NCBI RefSeq assembly: GCF_000143415.4
Contig: NW_003314359.1
Span: 525,250 to 589,249 of the forward strand
Direction: 5' to 3'
Length of the DNA stretch: 64,000 nt
Source: Selaginella moellendorffii
Taxonomy: Eukaryota; Plantae; Lycopodiophyta
The notes under the pieces were generated by a model that worked only from the letters and a program-made list of their open reading frames with translations, had not been told where the DNA came from and made no database searches. Position numbers and translations under genes: made by a program. Shown one piece after another: positions 25,577 to 38,501 of this stretch. Position 1 is the stretch's first letter. Each line of letters begins with the position of its first letter.

Positions 25577-28059
25577 GATGATCGCCTCCCTCGCCTGCGA
25601 TGATCCCAGCTCCAGCTAGAATCATACACGGGACCACCAAGACAAGAAGAAGAGGAGAGAACAAAGGAGAAATCGATGGAGTGCCAGTGACGTGCAGCAA
25701 ACCAGATCTCCGCGACAAAGGACGATCACCCCCGACAAGCAATTAAGCCGCCAAGCAAGAGCGCCCCTTCGCCGCGAAGTTGTGTTCCTCGCATCTCTCT
25801 CGCGTAGGCGTATGGAGGAGATCGTTCTTCTTTTTCTTGCTTCTCGCTCTTATACGGTACGTGATACTTGATACATTGCCTGTCTTTCTACCTGTGCTGC
25901 CTGCCTGTCTTTACTACGCTATACCCTCTCGGATCCACATAGAAAGCTAGAAAGAAAGAGATATACCAGCGCTACTACTACTCTACTATAACTCTACGGC
26001 CTTTGGACCCACAAATACAGAGGGGATAGACAGATAAGAGTTAAAAGAGATTGCCAGACAGAAGCTTCTCCTTCCTCCTTTATCACTCCGGATGATATAA
26101 TCTCTCCCGTGGTGGTCGACGAGTTCTTTGTCAAGATCTCTAGACGAGTTCTTCGTCTAGATCTCCCGTCGTCTCTATAGCTGTGGAGGGATCAAACTAC
26201 AAACATCGACACTGCCAAGAGCTCTGGAGCAATGCCGCTGGACGTTTGCGGATGGATGGATCAATCTCTCGGCCTAGATCTACGAAACTTCAGCGGTGAA
26301 TCGAGCATGGAAACGAAGATTCAAATGAGAAGATCCGAGAGAGAAGAAGAATCCAGCACCAAGAACGCGCATTGATTCAAATAGACCACTCCCGACTCGC
26401 GCGACCACTCTAGGCCTACTCTCGAGATATCATCAAATGGATGGATGGAATGGAGGAATTCGTGAGCTCTACACAATACTCCCACCGTACCTAGGGTCTT
26501 TTGTTCTCTCGTCGTCGTCGTCGTCATCATCATCAGCCACTATGATCCCGTACTCATGGCCGAATATGCCTGGTACCCCATGGTGGCATATTCCGGCATG
26601 GATCACCACTATAATCAATTCGCCAAGGGAATGAATGTTCCTTTCAAATCAAAGCTGCAGAGCATTGCAGTTCCTCCAATTTGCAAAAATTGTTTGCAAG
26701 CAACCAAGCAAACAAAGCTTGGTTTAATTTTTCTTTTTTTGCCCAGTTTTTTGGGCAGAAGACTTTTTTTTTTTTGGTTACTGCTTGTTTGTCATTCCTC
26801 ATGTGAGGAGCATTGAATTTGATTGATATTTCAGGAGTTAATAACAATATTCTAGACATGAGGCCACCACCTTGGAAGTGAAATTCCTTGGCCCTGTGAT
26901 TATCCGATTAGAGTAAGCATGGGGGCCTGCGTTTGCGCATGTGGGCAGCACTAGAAAGTTTGGTGCACATATTAAACTCGTAAAGGTGGCACACAACATC
27001 TGAGCATGTGCAAACTTACATCAATATACATTGCCGAGAAAAAATCCCGCCGTGCATATGAGCTATCAAATCAGATACCATGGACTTTGGCTTGTTTACT
27101 ATAGAATTTGTTTGATGAGTGGGGCAATGATCAAAACTCCACCCCGAGCGAGCGGCCAATACTTCTCTCTCTCTCTCTCTCTCTTTTTTCTGTAACTTGA
27201 TTCGTGGTTCTCGCCGGTTGGGTTCTCAAGGAGATGCTAGTTCTTTGCTAGTTCTTGTAAGTTGTAAACATCGAGAGCAAATAGACTGATTGGATGGATT
27301 GGATTGATCGGCTCCTGTAACGGCTAAGTTAAAAGAGTCGTGGATCTTACCATTTGGTCTTGAAAAACGATTTGAATGGTTTGACATCCAGTTCAACTCC
27401 ATGATCTTGATTGACAACTAAACTCCCACGATTTCGATGGATGTGCCGTGCCTCCCTCCTTGTTAAAAGTCTTTGTATTAGATTACCACTTCCAACGCAG
27501 TGCTTTGATATGAATTCCCAAACAATATGGTCGTCGTGGCTCATTGAAATCTCATCCGGGTTCATTCAAATCATGTTGTTGTGGCGGTGTGAATGAATTC
27601 CCTTCAGTGCCTGTCAAGGAAGAAAAAAGAATCCTATGTGAGAGAGAGAGAGAGAGAGTAAATGGCTATGTGATAGTTACTTTGGGACGAACGAGTCCAG
27701 TTATTTGAAGTTGTTATGTCCTGTGTTTCAAGCATCTGGAGAAGAACATGGTGATTTAAAACAGCTGCGAAATATAAACGAGCCATTTTACCTTCTTGCA
27801 GAGAGCGCCAAAGCGAGGGAATTATCGGTTCTTCCGAAACTTGAAAGCAATATAGAAATAACTGTCAGGAGTAATAAGTTTCGAAGTCAGAAACATGGAA
27901 TCGAATCAAAAACTAAGAGCAATGAATGACTGAAATTTTTTACCTCCAGACGAAGTGCTATGGCTGGTCACAGGCGATAAAAAGAAAAGAAACTCCATCA
28001 CCTGTCAAGCGTACTAAAACGTCAGGACCGAGAAACAAACTAACGAAAACCAGATTACC

Positions 28060-31000
28060 TCACCAATAGTCTTTGCAAGAGCATGAACCGTTCTCGAAGT
28101 GATGAAAGCGAGTGGAGTCCCTGACCACGATTTTCCGGCCCACGATCCTGGAGATAAACTTGGCGGCCGCGTGACAGTCGACGCAAGCTCGCAAGTTCTT
28201 GACGATGTGGAGCGGCGTCCCAGGCGGTGTGGATATCAAGCCGTAAGCAATCGCCAGCTTCTCGCTGTGGTAGCACAGCATTTGCTCCTTTTCTTCCTCC
28301 TTGACGTTGTGCAGCACCATCCTCATGTCCGGGACGTAGCCAGCGTCCTTCATCTGCTTGCTCAGCCTCTTTATCTCCGCGGCGATGAGCTCCTCCTCGG
28401 GATGAGACTTGTCCCCGGCCACAAACTCGTGCACCGTGTCGTTGATCTCGATATAACTGCAGCCTGGGTTCTTCCTAGCGGCTCTCCGGTTCCTCGTCTT
28501 TCGAACGTCGTCCCATCTCCCAGCCTCCGCGTAAACGTTGGACAGAAGCGTCACGGTCGAGTGCTCATCCTCCGATTCCAGCTCGAAGAGCTTGTCCGCT
28601 ACTCGAGCCGCTCGCTTCGTGTCGTTGTGTAGCTTGCAGCCGCTTAGTAGGCTCGTCCAGGCAACCGCGTCCGGCAAGAACGGCATGTCGTGGATGAGGT
28701 TCTCGGCAGCCTCCAGCCTCCCTGCTCGGCTCAGGAGGTCTACCATGCAGAGAAAGTGCCGGTAGTCTGGAGCGAGGCCGTGGTCCCCGACCATGGAGAG
28801 GAAAGTCTGGACGCCTTCCTTGAGCATCCCTCCATGGCTGCAGGCCGAGAGAGTGCTCACCATAGTCACGTCATCGGCTGCCAAGCCTTCCTGTAAGAGC
28901 TCCCAGAAGTGCTCCAGCCCCGTCCTCGAGTGACCGTGCTGAGCATAGGCGGCGATGAGAGTGCTCCAGGATACCAAGCTCTTGTCACGGATAGCCGCGA
29001 AGACCCCCACTGTATCGTCGAGGCTGCCGCACCGGTTATACATGTTCATGAGCGAGTTCTCCAGGACGACGTCGGCCTTGCACCTTCCGGAAGCGATGAG
29101 CGCGTGGACTGCCTTGCCTTGACGCTTGGCACCGAGAACAGCACAGGCGCTGAGGACGTTGCTGAGCGTGATCTCGTTTGGAGCGACGTTTTCTAGCTGC
29201 ATTTGCTTGAAGATGTCGAGAGCGTCCTTGGCCTGTCCATACTGCACGTATGCCACGATCAGTATGTTCCAAGTTATCACGTCCCTCGTACGCATTCTCT
29301 CGAAGACCTGCCTTGCCTCCTCCAAGCTGCTGCTACACTTGGTATACATGTTGAGAAGGACGTTGCCGATCACCAAGTCCGACTCGTAGCCGTCCTCTCT
29401 CACTTTCCTGTGGATGGCTCTTCCCTGCTCCAAGTCCTCCAAGTTGGTGCAAGCGGTGAGGAGGCCAATGAAAGTCACCACGTTTGGCTTTGGATCGTTC
29501 GGTCCCATCCGTTGGAAAAGCTCGAGAGCCTGTGTAGCGGCACCCTGCTTGGCATACCCGGAGATCATCGTGTTCCAGGCTATCACGTCCCTGTTCTTGA
29601 GCCGATCGAAAACTTTCCTGGCCGACTCCAAGCTTCCACACTTGGAGTACATGTTGATGAGCGCATTCTGGACAATCGAGTCCGAGGCATAGCCGCTTGC
29701 TACCGTGCGAGCCTCGATTTCCCTGCCTTGAGAGATGTCTCCGACGACCGTGCACGCGTACAAAGCACTGGAGAAGGTGATTGCATCCGGCTTCATTCCT
29801 TCGGGCTCCATGGCGTGGTATAGCTCGAGAGCTTTCCTGGGAGACCCGAGCTGTGCATAGGCCGTGATCATCGTTGTCCATGCACACGTTGTCTTGGTCG
29901 CCATCTTGTCGAACGCTCTGCGGGCGTCTTGCAAGCTCCCACACTTCGCGTACATGTTTACCACCGTGCCGGTGACGAAAGAGTTTAGATCAAAGCCGCT
30001 GCCCTCGAGCGCTGCGTGGACGAGCCTTCCCTGCTGGAGCGACTTCATAGTAGCGCAAGCTTCGAGCACGGACATGAAAGTGGTAGCGTCCCTCTTCACC
30101 TCCTGCGGCTCCATCTCGTGGAAGAGCTCGAGCGATTTCTCGGGACGGCCATTGTGGCAGTAGGCCGAGATCATCGCGTTCCACGACACGACGTTTTTCG
30201 TGGCGAGCGAGCTGAAGGCCGCCTCAGCATCCTTGAGGCTCCGGCACTTCCCATAGGCGCTGACGAGAGTAGTCCCGATGATCAAGTCGGCCGCCATCTT
30301 TTGCTCGAGTATGTCGAGATGGAGCATCCGCAACTCCGAAAGAGATCCAAGCTTCGAGCAAGCGTCGAGAACAGCCAGGAAAGTTGGCTTGTCCGGCTTG
30401 ACAGACTTGGAAACCATGTCCTGGTAGATCTTGAGAGCACCCCTGTGATCCCCGTTTCGCGAGTAGCCAGCGATCAGTGCGTTCCAGGTGACCAAAGTTT
30501 TCTTTCCCATCTCATCGAAGGTCTTCCGGGCGAGCTCGAGATCCCGGCACCTGGCATACATGGTGATGAGCGCGGTGCCGAGGATGATATCAAACTCCAG
30601 CAGCCGGGTCTCGAGGATCATCGCGTGGAGGAGCTGGCCTTGCTTGAGATCTTTGGAGCTGGAGCACACCCCGATCGCCACCACAAACATCGCTCCATCC
30701 GGCCTCAATCCTTCCAGCACCATCCTCCGGTAGTAGCCAAGCGCCTCCCGGTAATGCCCATTCCGGGCAAATGCCGCGACGATGAGCGTCCAGGAGACCG
30801 AGTTTGGATGCTCGATCGCGTGGAAAACCGCGAGAGCATCGGCGACGCTGCCGCATTTGCCATACATCTGGACGAGCAGATTCTCGACGTAGATGTGCAT
30901 CCGGCGCTGCTCGAGGATGTGGGAGTGGACGAGCTTACCCTGGGCGAGCGATCGGCGATGGCCGCATTCTTGGAGGAGAGAGCTGTAGGATGCGCCCGCG

Positions 31001-31176
31001 CTTAGGGCTCGCGAGACGCCGTCGAGGTCGGCGAATTTGCGGGCGTAGCTCTTGCTGGAGATCCTCTCGGGATCATCCTCGCTCGATCCCGCGAACGCTG
31101 CGAGGGAATGGAGACCCCGGCGCTGGAGCTGTGAGGACGCTGCTGCTCGTTTGCTCGCCAAGAGCAAGAGGAGCAT
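28060..31176 (-). CDS. PLS-E1-E2-DYW PPR protein (organellar C-to-U RNA editing factor)
   Basis: P-L-S triplets, PG box (KNPGCSYIE), HSEKLA, CVDCH and terminal CSCKDYW; transit-peptide-like N-terminus. First in-frame ATG is at 31176. Confidence 0.96.
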   Translation of the reverse strand: MLLLLLASKRAAASSQLQRRGLHSLAAFAGSSEDDPERISSKSYARKFADLDGVSRALSAGASYSSLLQECGHRRSLAQGKLVHSHILEQRRMHIYVENLLVQMYGKCGSVADALAVFHAIEHPNSVSWTLIVAAFARNGHYREALGYYRRMVLEGLRPDGAMFVVAIGVCSSSKDLKQGQLLHAMILETRLLEFDIILGTALITMYARCRDLELARKTFDEMGKKTLVTWNALIAGYSRNGDHRGALKIYQDMVSKSVKPDKPTFLAVLDACSKLGSLSELRMLHLDILEQKMAADLIIGTTLVSAYGKCRSLKDAEAAFSSLATKNVVSWNAMISAYCHNGRPEKSLELFHEMEPQEVKRDATTFMSVLEACATMKSLQQGRLVHAALEGSGFDLNSFVTGTVVNMYAKCGSLQDARRAFDKMATKTTCAWTTMITAYAQLGSPRKALELYHAMEPEGMKPDAITFSSALYACTVVGDISQGREIEARTVASGYASDSIVQNALINMYSKCGSLESARKVFDRLKNRDVIAWNTMISGYAKQGAATQALELFQRMGPNDPKPNVVTFIGLLTACTNLEDLEQGRAIHRKVREDGYESDLVIGNVLLNMYTKCSSSLEEARQVFERMRTRDVITWNILIVAYVQYGQAKDALDIFKQMQLENVAPNEITLSNVLSACAVLGAKRQGKAVHALIASGRCKADVVLENSLMNMYNRCGSLDDTVGVFAAIRDKSLVSWSTLIAAYAQHGHSRTGLEHFWELLQEGLAADDVTMVSTLSACSHGGMLKEGVQTFLSMVGDHGLAPDYRHFLCMVDLLSRAGRLEAAENLIHDMPFLPDAVAWTSLLSGCKLHNDTKRAARVADKLFELESEDEHSTVTLLSNVYAEAGRWDDVRKTRNRRAARKNPGCSYIEINDTVHEFVAGDKSHPEEELIAAEIKRLSKQMKDAGYVPDMRMVLHNVKEEEKEQMLCYHSEKLAIAYGLISTPPGTPLHIVKNLRACVDCHAAAKFISRIVGRKIVVRDSTRFHHFENGSCSCKDYW

Positions 31177-31242
31177 ATTCTGCCCTGGCAAGGAGAATAT
31201 GCCATTCGTCGTTTGCCCCTTTTTGCCGCTTGAGAAAGATAT

Positions 31243-31252
31243 TTTAGGGTTT
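31243..31252 (-). promoter_or_regulatory. Telo-box (AAACCCTAA) in a short bidirectional promoter
   Basis: TTTAGGGTTT between divergent ATGs at 31176 and 31279. Confidence 0.6.
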
Positions 31253-31278
31253 TAAGGAGGGATCGATCGGATCGATCG

Positions 31279-34200
31279 ATGGGAGTGCCCGCATTCTATC
31301 GCTGGCTCACGCGGCGCTATCCCTTGATCATTGCCGATGCTGTGGAGGATGATTTGGCGGCCCTTTCTGGCGGATTGGAGTATGACAATTTCTATCTTGA
31401 CATGAATGGGATCGTGCATTTGTGTTTTCATCCAGAAGGCAAGGTAAGGAATTGAATCGATTGTAGCTAGTGGATTATTTCAACTCTTTCTTGCGAGCGC
31501 AGCCAGCTCCTTTGTCGTATGATGAAGTGTTCCATTGCATTTTCCAGTGCATCGATCGTCTTGTCGCAATCGTGCGGCCCAGGAAACTTTTGTACATGGC
31601 AATTGGTATCGGTTTCTTTCCTTTTTGTATTTTCCTTTTCTGGTTTGTTCATTGATGGAAAAATAAAACTTTTAGATGGTGTTGCTCCGCGGGCTAAGAT
31701 GAATCAACAACGATCGAGGCGGTTTAGAGCTGCAAAAGAAGCTCTTGAGGTAAGAAGTTTTTTGTGTTTCCTGTTTCATTTGTTGGAGCTCAGCTGTTAC
31801 CATTTCCAGGTCCAGAAGAGAGGAGAAACGTCAGATTCGAATGTTATCACACCTGGGACGGAATTCATGGCCTTACTTTCCGATGCATTGAGTCAATATG
31901 TGCAACTGCGTTTAAGCGAAAGTCCTGGTTGGCAAAGGATGAAAGTAAGTTATTTTTCTTCTTTTCCCTTTTGTAGTTTTTAATATTTTGAGTGAAACTT
32001 TGTCTTTCTACAGGTTATATTATCCGATGCTAATGTTCCGGGTGAAGGCGAACATAAAATATTTTATTTCATTCGCATGCAAAGAAATCTTCCTGGCTTT
32101 GACCCAAACACTCGGCACTGCCTCTATGGCCTGGTATCGTCTTTGCGAGAATGGATTTTATGCCGTGCTTCTTTTAGAGTTTCTAAGTATCTGTCGCTGG
32201 GGCCTTTTAGGACGCTGACTTGGTTATGCTAGCACTTGCTACACATGAAGTGCACTTCTCTATTTTACGCGAGGTACACTTTAGCTAAACGTCTAATCTC
32301 TTCTGATACTCGATTTTAAGGTGCCATGTCCTAGAAAGTGCTACCTCTGTGGCGAAGTTGGACATATTGCTAAACATTGTGATGGAACACAGAAAAGTAC
32401 ACTTGAAGAGACGGAAGATGTTTCGTATCAAGTAAGCACTGTACTTTGCGGCGTTGTGTTCATTTGTTCTGCACAGTTCCTTCACATTTGGCTCCTTCGA
32501 GAGTATTTGGAACTTGAACTCAAGATAGCAGATGCAGATTTTGAGCGCATAGTGGACGATTTTGTTTTTATTTGTTTTTTTGTTGGCAACGATTTTCTTC
32601 CGGGTTTACCAACACTAGACATTCGACAAGTAAGTGGTTTTCTCGTCTGAAATTAGGAATTTTTCTTACTTGCTACTTTACAAATCTGTCAGGGAGCAAT
32701 CGGCATGCTTTTAAGTGTTTACAAGCAAGAATTCAGTAATATGAGCGGGTATTTGACGGAAACTGGCGAGGTGAGTGGCCTGTTCGTTCTCTATTTAAGT
32801 TGTATTGAAAGCGATGAAAATTTCAGGTGAACTTGAGAAGCCTTGAGTACTTTCTTGAGATGGTCGGCCAGATTGAGGACGGTATAATCCAAAAGCAGTT
32901 TCAGAAAGTAATGCTTTTTTTTTTTCAATTATAATCTCGTGGTTGTCCAACATTTTTCCCGCTTGACGAGAAGAAGAATGCTTCAAGCGTCACTTGTCCT
33001 GCGGACTCAGCTGTAAGTGTATGCATCCAAAGGTTTTATTCATTAAAAACTAAACTCGTCATTTGCAGAGCTGGAAGGCAACGTACTACGAAGAGAAGTT
33101 TGGCTCTGAGTACTCTGAGGAGCTTAAAAAGGGCCTGGTAGTAAGACAGTTTTAGCAGTATCTTAGAGAACTCTCATTTTGCGCTTTCCGTGTTCAGGCG
33201 CAAAAGTACACCGAGGGATTATGCTGGATATTGCATTATTATTACAGAGGAGTGAGCTCGTGGCAATGGTGATTTTTAATCCTGTGTTGGAAGTGTAGCA
33301 AAAGTCGAATCGTTCTCATGCTTGTACGTAATTCCTTTGCCATTTTCTAACATGCAAGTAAAATGATGGTGACGACGTGCAGGTACTACCCCTACCATTA
33401 TGCTCCTTTTGCATCGGATTTAGCAGGACTTGGTGCTATAGAAGTCCGTTTTGAGGCTGGCAAGCCATTGAAACCTTTTGATATGCTTATGGGCGTTTTA
33501 CCCGCATCAAGGTAACATCTTACTTCTAGCATACTGCTTTATGCTTCGTTGTTTCCTCGGATACAGTGCATGGGCTTTACCGGAGTATTACCGGTTGTTG
33601 ATGACAAATCCAGCGTCACCTTTGATAGATTTTTATCCTGAAGGTAAAGCAGACTATGAACTTAACGATTTCACCTGATCTGCAAGTACTACGTGCAGAA
33701 TTTGTTGTTGATATGAACGGAAAACAATACCCATGGCAGGTATTATAACGATCTCATTACAGTTTTGCATCTGGTTGAGCTCTTACTTTTGCAGGGTGTT
33801 GTAAAACTACCATTCATCAACGTAGAGCGTCTTCTTGTAGAAACGAGAAAGCTAGAAGGGACGCTTTCGGTGAGTTCTCTAGACTTCGATATGTAGCGTT
33901 TGTTCTCATCTTCGCTGTCACAGGCGTCAGAGATCAAACGAAACAGCATAGACCAGGAGTTATTGTTTCTCTGCTGTCACCAACCTCTTGCGAGATACAT
34001 ATACGCTTGTGTCGAGGACACGGAGGGAATCTGCGCAATAAATCCAATAATCAGGTACCTATGAAGAGAATTGACGTGCTCATTTTAAAATCGTGGTCGT
34101 GGATGATTCCAGCGAAGGCTTAAATGGATTCCTCACTTTGAATCGAGGGGCTCTGGAAGCTGCTGTACCACATAACGTTCTGTAAGTGAAAGTGCAAGCT

Positions 34201-34674
34201 TTTACTGCCAGGGAGCTAAACGAAATTCCATATAATTCTCAACAGCTGCGTAAACTACATATGCCCCTCAAATCATCCTCATATTCCAAGCCTTCCCGAC
34301 GGGGTTATACTCCCTGCAAAGGTAACCTATGACGTGATCACATCCAGAACCAAAGCAAACCTTTCTACTCGCCTTTACAGAGCATTGTTGATCGAGACTT
34401 TCGAAGGCATTCTCATCGCGGGCGACAAAGAAGGTTCGGGAAGGATTTAAGAAAACACAAATCCTGACAGATTGTTTGCAGCACCTCGAGCGGAAGCTCC
34501 GATCCATACCGCGAACACGGTAGTCCCTCTGGTTAGTGATTTCTCGCTTTTACTTCGTTTCTTCCTCTCTGGATCTTTGTTCCATCTCAGTTTCTCTCCT
34601 GTGTCTCAGGAAGGTGGAGAGGGAGACGAAGTAGTCACAGCAGAACTAGGAGCGTCGATAGTCACGAGAGTTAG
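31279..34674 (+). CDS. XRN-family 5'-3' exoribonuclease (plant XRN2/3/4 type), compact
   Basis: [66 protein letters not shown] knuckle [33 protein letters not shown]; about 23 small exons. The last exons are less certain. Confidence 0.9.
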
Positions 34675-34743
34675 TAGACGACACTGGGCCAACGGTTGGG
34701 ATTGCTTTAATGTTATGGATAGTTATCGGAATCCAACGGTTTA
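34516..34743 (+). repeat. ~230-bp direct repeat, copy 1 (XRN 3' end + PWP2 promoter)
   Basis: Closely matches 38281-38501. Confidence 0.93.
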
Positions 34744-34772
34744 GCTGGGACTAAGATTTAGGGTTTATACCG

Positions 34773-37700
34773 ATGAACGCTTACAGGTTTAGCAATCTCG
34801 TGGGCGCCCCGTATCGCGGGGGCAATGTCGCCTTTGCCGGTGGGAGCGCCGCGCTGGTGTCGCCAGTAGGCAATCGCATCTCTGTCACGGAGCTGCGCAA
34901 ATCCGAGTGCTGGACGCTGCCTGTGGAGAATGGCGGCGATGTGTCTAGGGTTGCCGTCTCCCCCAATGGCGCGCTGTTGCTCTCCATCGACGCCAGCGGC
35001 CGCTGCATTCTCGTCAGCCTTGCGCGCCGCATTCTCCTCCACCGAATGTCCTTCAAGGCGCCCGTCACGGCGCTCGGATTTAGCCCCGATGGATCGCTCT
35101 TTGCCGTGGCCATGGGCAGGCTGCTCCAGGTGTGGAGGACGCCCGGGTGCCGCAAGGAGTTCATGGCGTTCCAGCTGCTCCACACTTTCTCCAGCAGCCA
35201 CGACACGATCACTTGCCTCGGCTGGAGCCCCGACGGCAATTGGATCATCTGCGGCTGCAAGGACTTCGCGGTGAGGATCTTCACGCTCCAGAGCAATGCG
35301 GAGGGCTACAGGCCAGTCGTGCTCTCTGCGCACCGCAACGTTGTCAATGGCGTCTTCTTCACTGAGAACACCGAGAGCGGGATTGGCGCTTATAGTTTCT
35401 CCAAGGATGGCGCGCTGTGTCACTGGGTGTTCCACCCGGCTCAAGAGCTTCCAGCTCCCGCGCTCGATGGAGCTGACGATCAAGGAAAGTCGAGGAAGCG
35501 CCGGAAGGAGGACGTAGCTTTGCAAGGTATTTGCTTGGATCACTTGACTCCTCGGTTTCACACGTTTACCAATCAGCTCTCGAGGAGGAGGACTTGGAAG
35601 AATCCGATGGCCTTGTTCGAAAGGAGGAGGGAAAGCTACCTGTTCTACGTCCCGATAAAGGCCAGTGGGAGCTCATGAAGAAGCACTTGTTCCACCAGCA
35701 TGGAAGGCTCTCGGCGTGCGACTACCACAGTGGCCTCAACATCGTGGTTGCCGGGTTCTCATCTGGAGTGTTTGGGATCTACCAGATGCCCGACTTTACG
35801 TGCATACATCTGCTATCCATCTCCAAAGAGAAGATAACCACCGCAGTGTTCGACAGGACCGGAAACTGGGTAGCTTTCGGCTGTGCAAAACTGGGCCAGC
35901 TACTGGTGTGGGACTGGCGCTCGGAGACTTACATACTCAAGCAGCAAGGTCACTACTTCGACGTCAACTGTGTTGCATATTCACCGGATTCGCAGCTGAT
36001 TGCCACCGGCGCTGATGACAACAAAGTAAAGGTCTGGCTTTGATCAGTCTCTTCTTTCGCCGTCGCTTATGCCTTTGTGGTGTGTTGCAGTTGTGGAATG
36101 CTGCGTCTGGATTCTGTTTCGTCACTTTTGCCGAGCACACAAATGCAGTGACCGCAGTGTTGTTCTTGGCCGGAAGTAATGCCGTGCTGAGCGCATCTCT
36201 CGATGGCACTGTACGTGCATGGGATCTGATGCGCTATCGAAACTTCCGGACCTTCACCACGCCAGCACCCACGCAGTTTGTGTCATTGGCTGCAGACCAA
36301 AGTGGAGAGATCATATGTGCTGGAACGCTGGACACATTCCAGGTATCTTCTCGCTTTCCTTTTTCTCGATTCATTTCAAGCTTTACTGCTCTTGCTAGAT
36401 ATACGTTTGGTCCATGAAAACAGCGCGGCTAGTGGACGTCCTCAGTGGTCACGAGGGACCGGTTCATGGTTTGGCCTTTTCTCCTACAGACGTGCGTACT
36501 CCTACGCGACAATGCTTTCCACTTTCTAACACGTCTTGACAGGAATTCTTGGCTTCCTCGTCATGGGACAAAACCGTGCGCTTGTGGGATGTGTTTGAAG
36601 GCAAGGGTGGGGTTGAAGCCTTCACTCATACGCATGACGTGCTCACCGTGGTTTACCGTCCGGACGGAAAGCAACTGGCCTGCTCAACACTTGATGGTCA
36701 GATCCACTTCTGGGACCCGATTGACGGCTTGCTTATGGGTACGATAGAAGGCAGGCGTGACGTTGCAGGAGGGAGATTGATGAGCGACAGAAGAACGGCC
36801 GCTAACTCGAGCTCGGGGAAATGCTTTACGACCATGTCTTACTCAGCCGACGGGAGCCTACTGCTTGCTGGAGGAACCAGCAAGTACATTTGCATGTACG
36901 ACGTCGCGGACCAGGTATTTATCACTCACAAGCTCGCTTGGCTTTCATGCTTACGATATATCGTCTGTGCAGGTTTTGCTACGAAGGTTTCAGATATCTC
37001 ACAACTATTCGTTGGATGGTATTCTGGACTTTCTAAACTCGAAGAGAATGACTGCAGCAGGTCCTATAGATCTGATCGATGACTATGACAGCGACAACGA
37101 GGCCGGTGTTGATGGTCAAGTTAGAGGGAAGTTGGGGCAGGGACTACCAGGGGCACAGACCAATGCTGCGAGGCCAATTATACGCACCAAGTGTCTCAGG
37201 ATCTCTCCAACTGGCAGGTCTTGGGCAGCTGCAACAACGGAAGGCCTGCTCATCTACTCAATGGACAACCTTGTTTTTGATCCCACCGATCTCGATGTGG
37301 ATGTCACACCGGAGGTACAATTGTTGTTTAGGAGCTCACTGGGTGAAGCTTTTTTGTTGTTGCCTTTTTGTGTAGGCAATCAACGATGCACTGGAAAGCA
37401 AGCGCTATTCACGAGCATTGTTGCTAGCACTCCGGCTGAACGAGCCACTTTTGATTCAAAAATGTGTCGAGGCCGTAGATATCTCTGCGATTAGTGATGT
37501 TGTCTCGAACGTCTCACTTTCGTACCTTGGAACACTCATTGATGCACTTGCGCAGTACCTGGAGAAGACACCTCATTTGGAGTTCTTACTTAGATGGTGC
37601 CTGGTATGTATCAAGTTAGAAGTCCAGTTTTTAGTGCTAACTTGGATTTCTTACAGGAACTTTGCACTGTGCATGGCAGAACAATCCAGTCGAAGAACAG

Positions 37701-37860
37701 GGAACTCATGCCTGCTCTCAAGTCCCTGCTTAAATCCATTGCCAGCTTGCAGGAACAACTTGCAACAGCCGCTTCCAAAAACGACTACCTTCTCCATTAC
37801 CTGTGCTCGGCCCCCACTAAGAGCAAGAGCGTGGAACAAAGCTTGGACTTATGCTCATAA
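34773..37860 (+). CDS. PWP2: Periodic tryptophan protein 2 (Utp1), WD40 SSU processome component
   Basis: YRFSNLVGAPYRGGN, SPVGNR, KLGQLLVWDWRSETYILKQQGHY, RNFRTFT, WAAATTEGLLIYS, LALRLNE (Utp12 domain); telo-box TTTAGGGTTT at 34757-34766. Confidence 0.95.
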
Positions 37861-38280
37861 TGGACGCTTGAGAACTGAGGTGAAGTTATTTTTTCTTTTA
37901 TTTGAATGTGAACTAAACAATTCCTTAGGTGATTGGAATGGAGATAGTTGCTGGCGGCATAACTCAGAAAACGAATAACAGCAGTACGTTTTACAGTAGT
38001 GCTGCTTTAATTTGCTCCTTGCGTGCTTTCCTAGCGGCAGGATCCATCTGACACAAGCAAGACGAAGAGGAGATCAGAGCTGCACCGAGCTAAACAGTAG
38101 ACAAAACTTACCTGATCGACAAGGTTCTGTAACTTGTGGCAGCACCTCGAGATGTTGCTTCGATTTTGACAATCACTGAGCATCTGCCTCGAAACTTTCT
38201 GCACTCTCAGCTACTCTGGTTAGTGACTCATTGCTGGCCAGCCACTCCACAACCAGAGTATCGTCGGCCCAACCATCGGG

Positions 38281-38501
38281 CACGATAGTCCCTCTTGTTA
38301 GTGATTTCTCTGTTTTACTTCGTTTCTCCCTCTCTGGATCTTTGTTCCATCTCAGTTTCTCTCCTGTGTCTCAGGAAGGTGGAGCGAGAGACGAAGCAGT
38401 CACCGCAGAACTAGGAGCGTCGAGTTAGTACACTGGGTGTCAAATTCCAACGGTTGGGATTGCTTTAATCTTATGGATGGTTATCGCAATCCAACGGTTT
38501 A
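38281..38501 (+). repeat. ~230-bp direct repeat, copy 2 (upstream of PRP39)
   Basis: Closely matches 34516-34743; followed by AAACCCTAG at 38519-38527. Confidence 0.93.

Noticed and set aside
26100-27620. Short ORFs and a small palindrome near 26134-26164
   Set aside because: No motif; the stem is too short to be significant.
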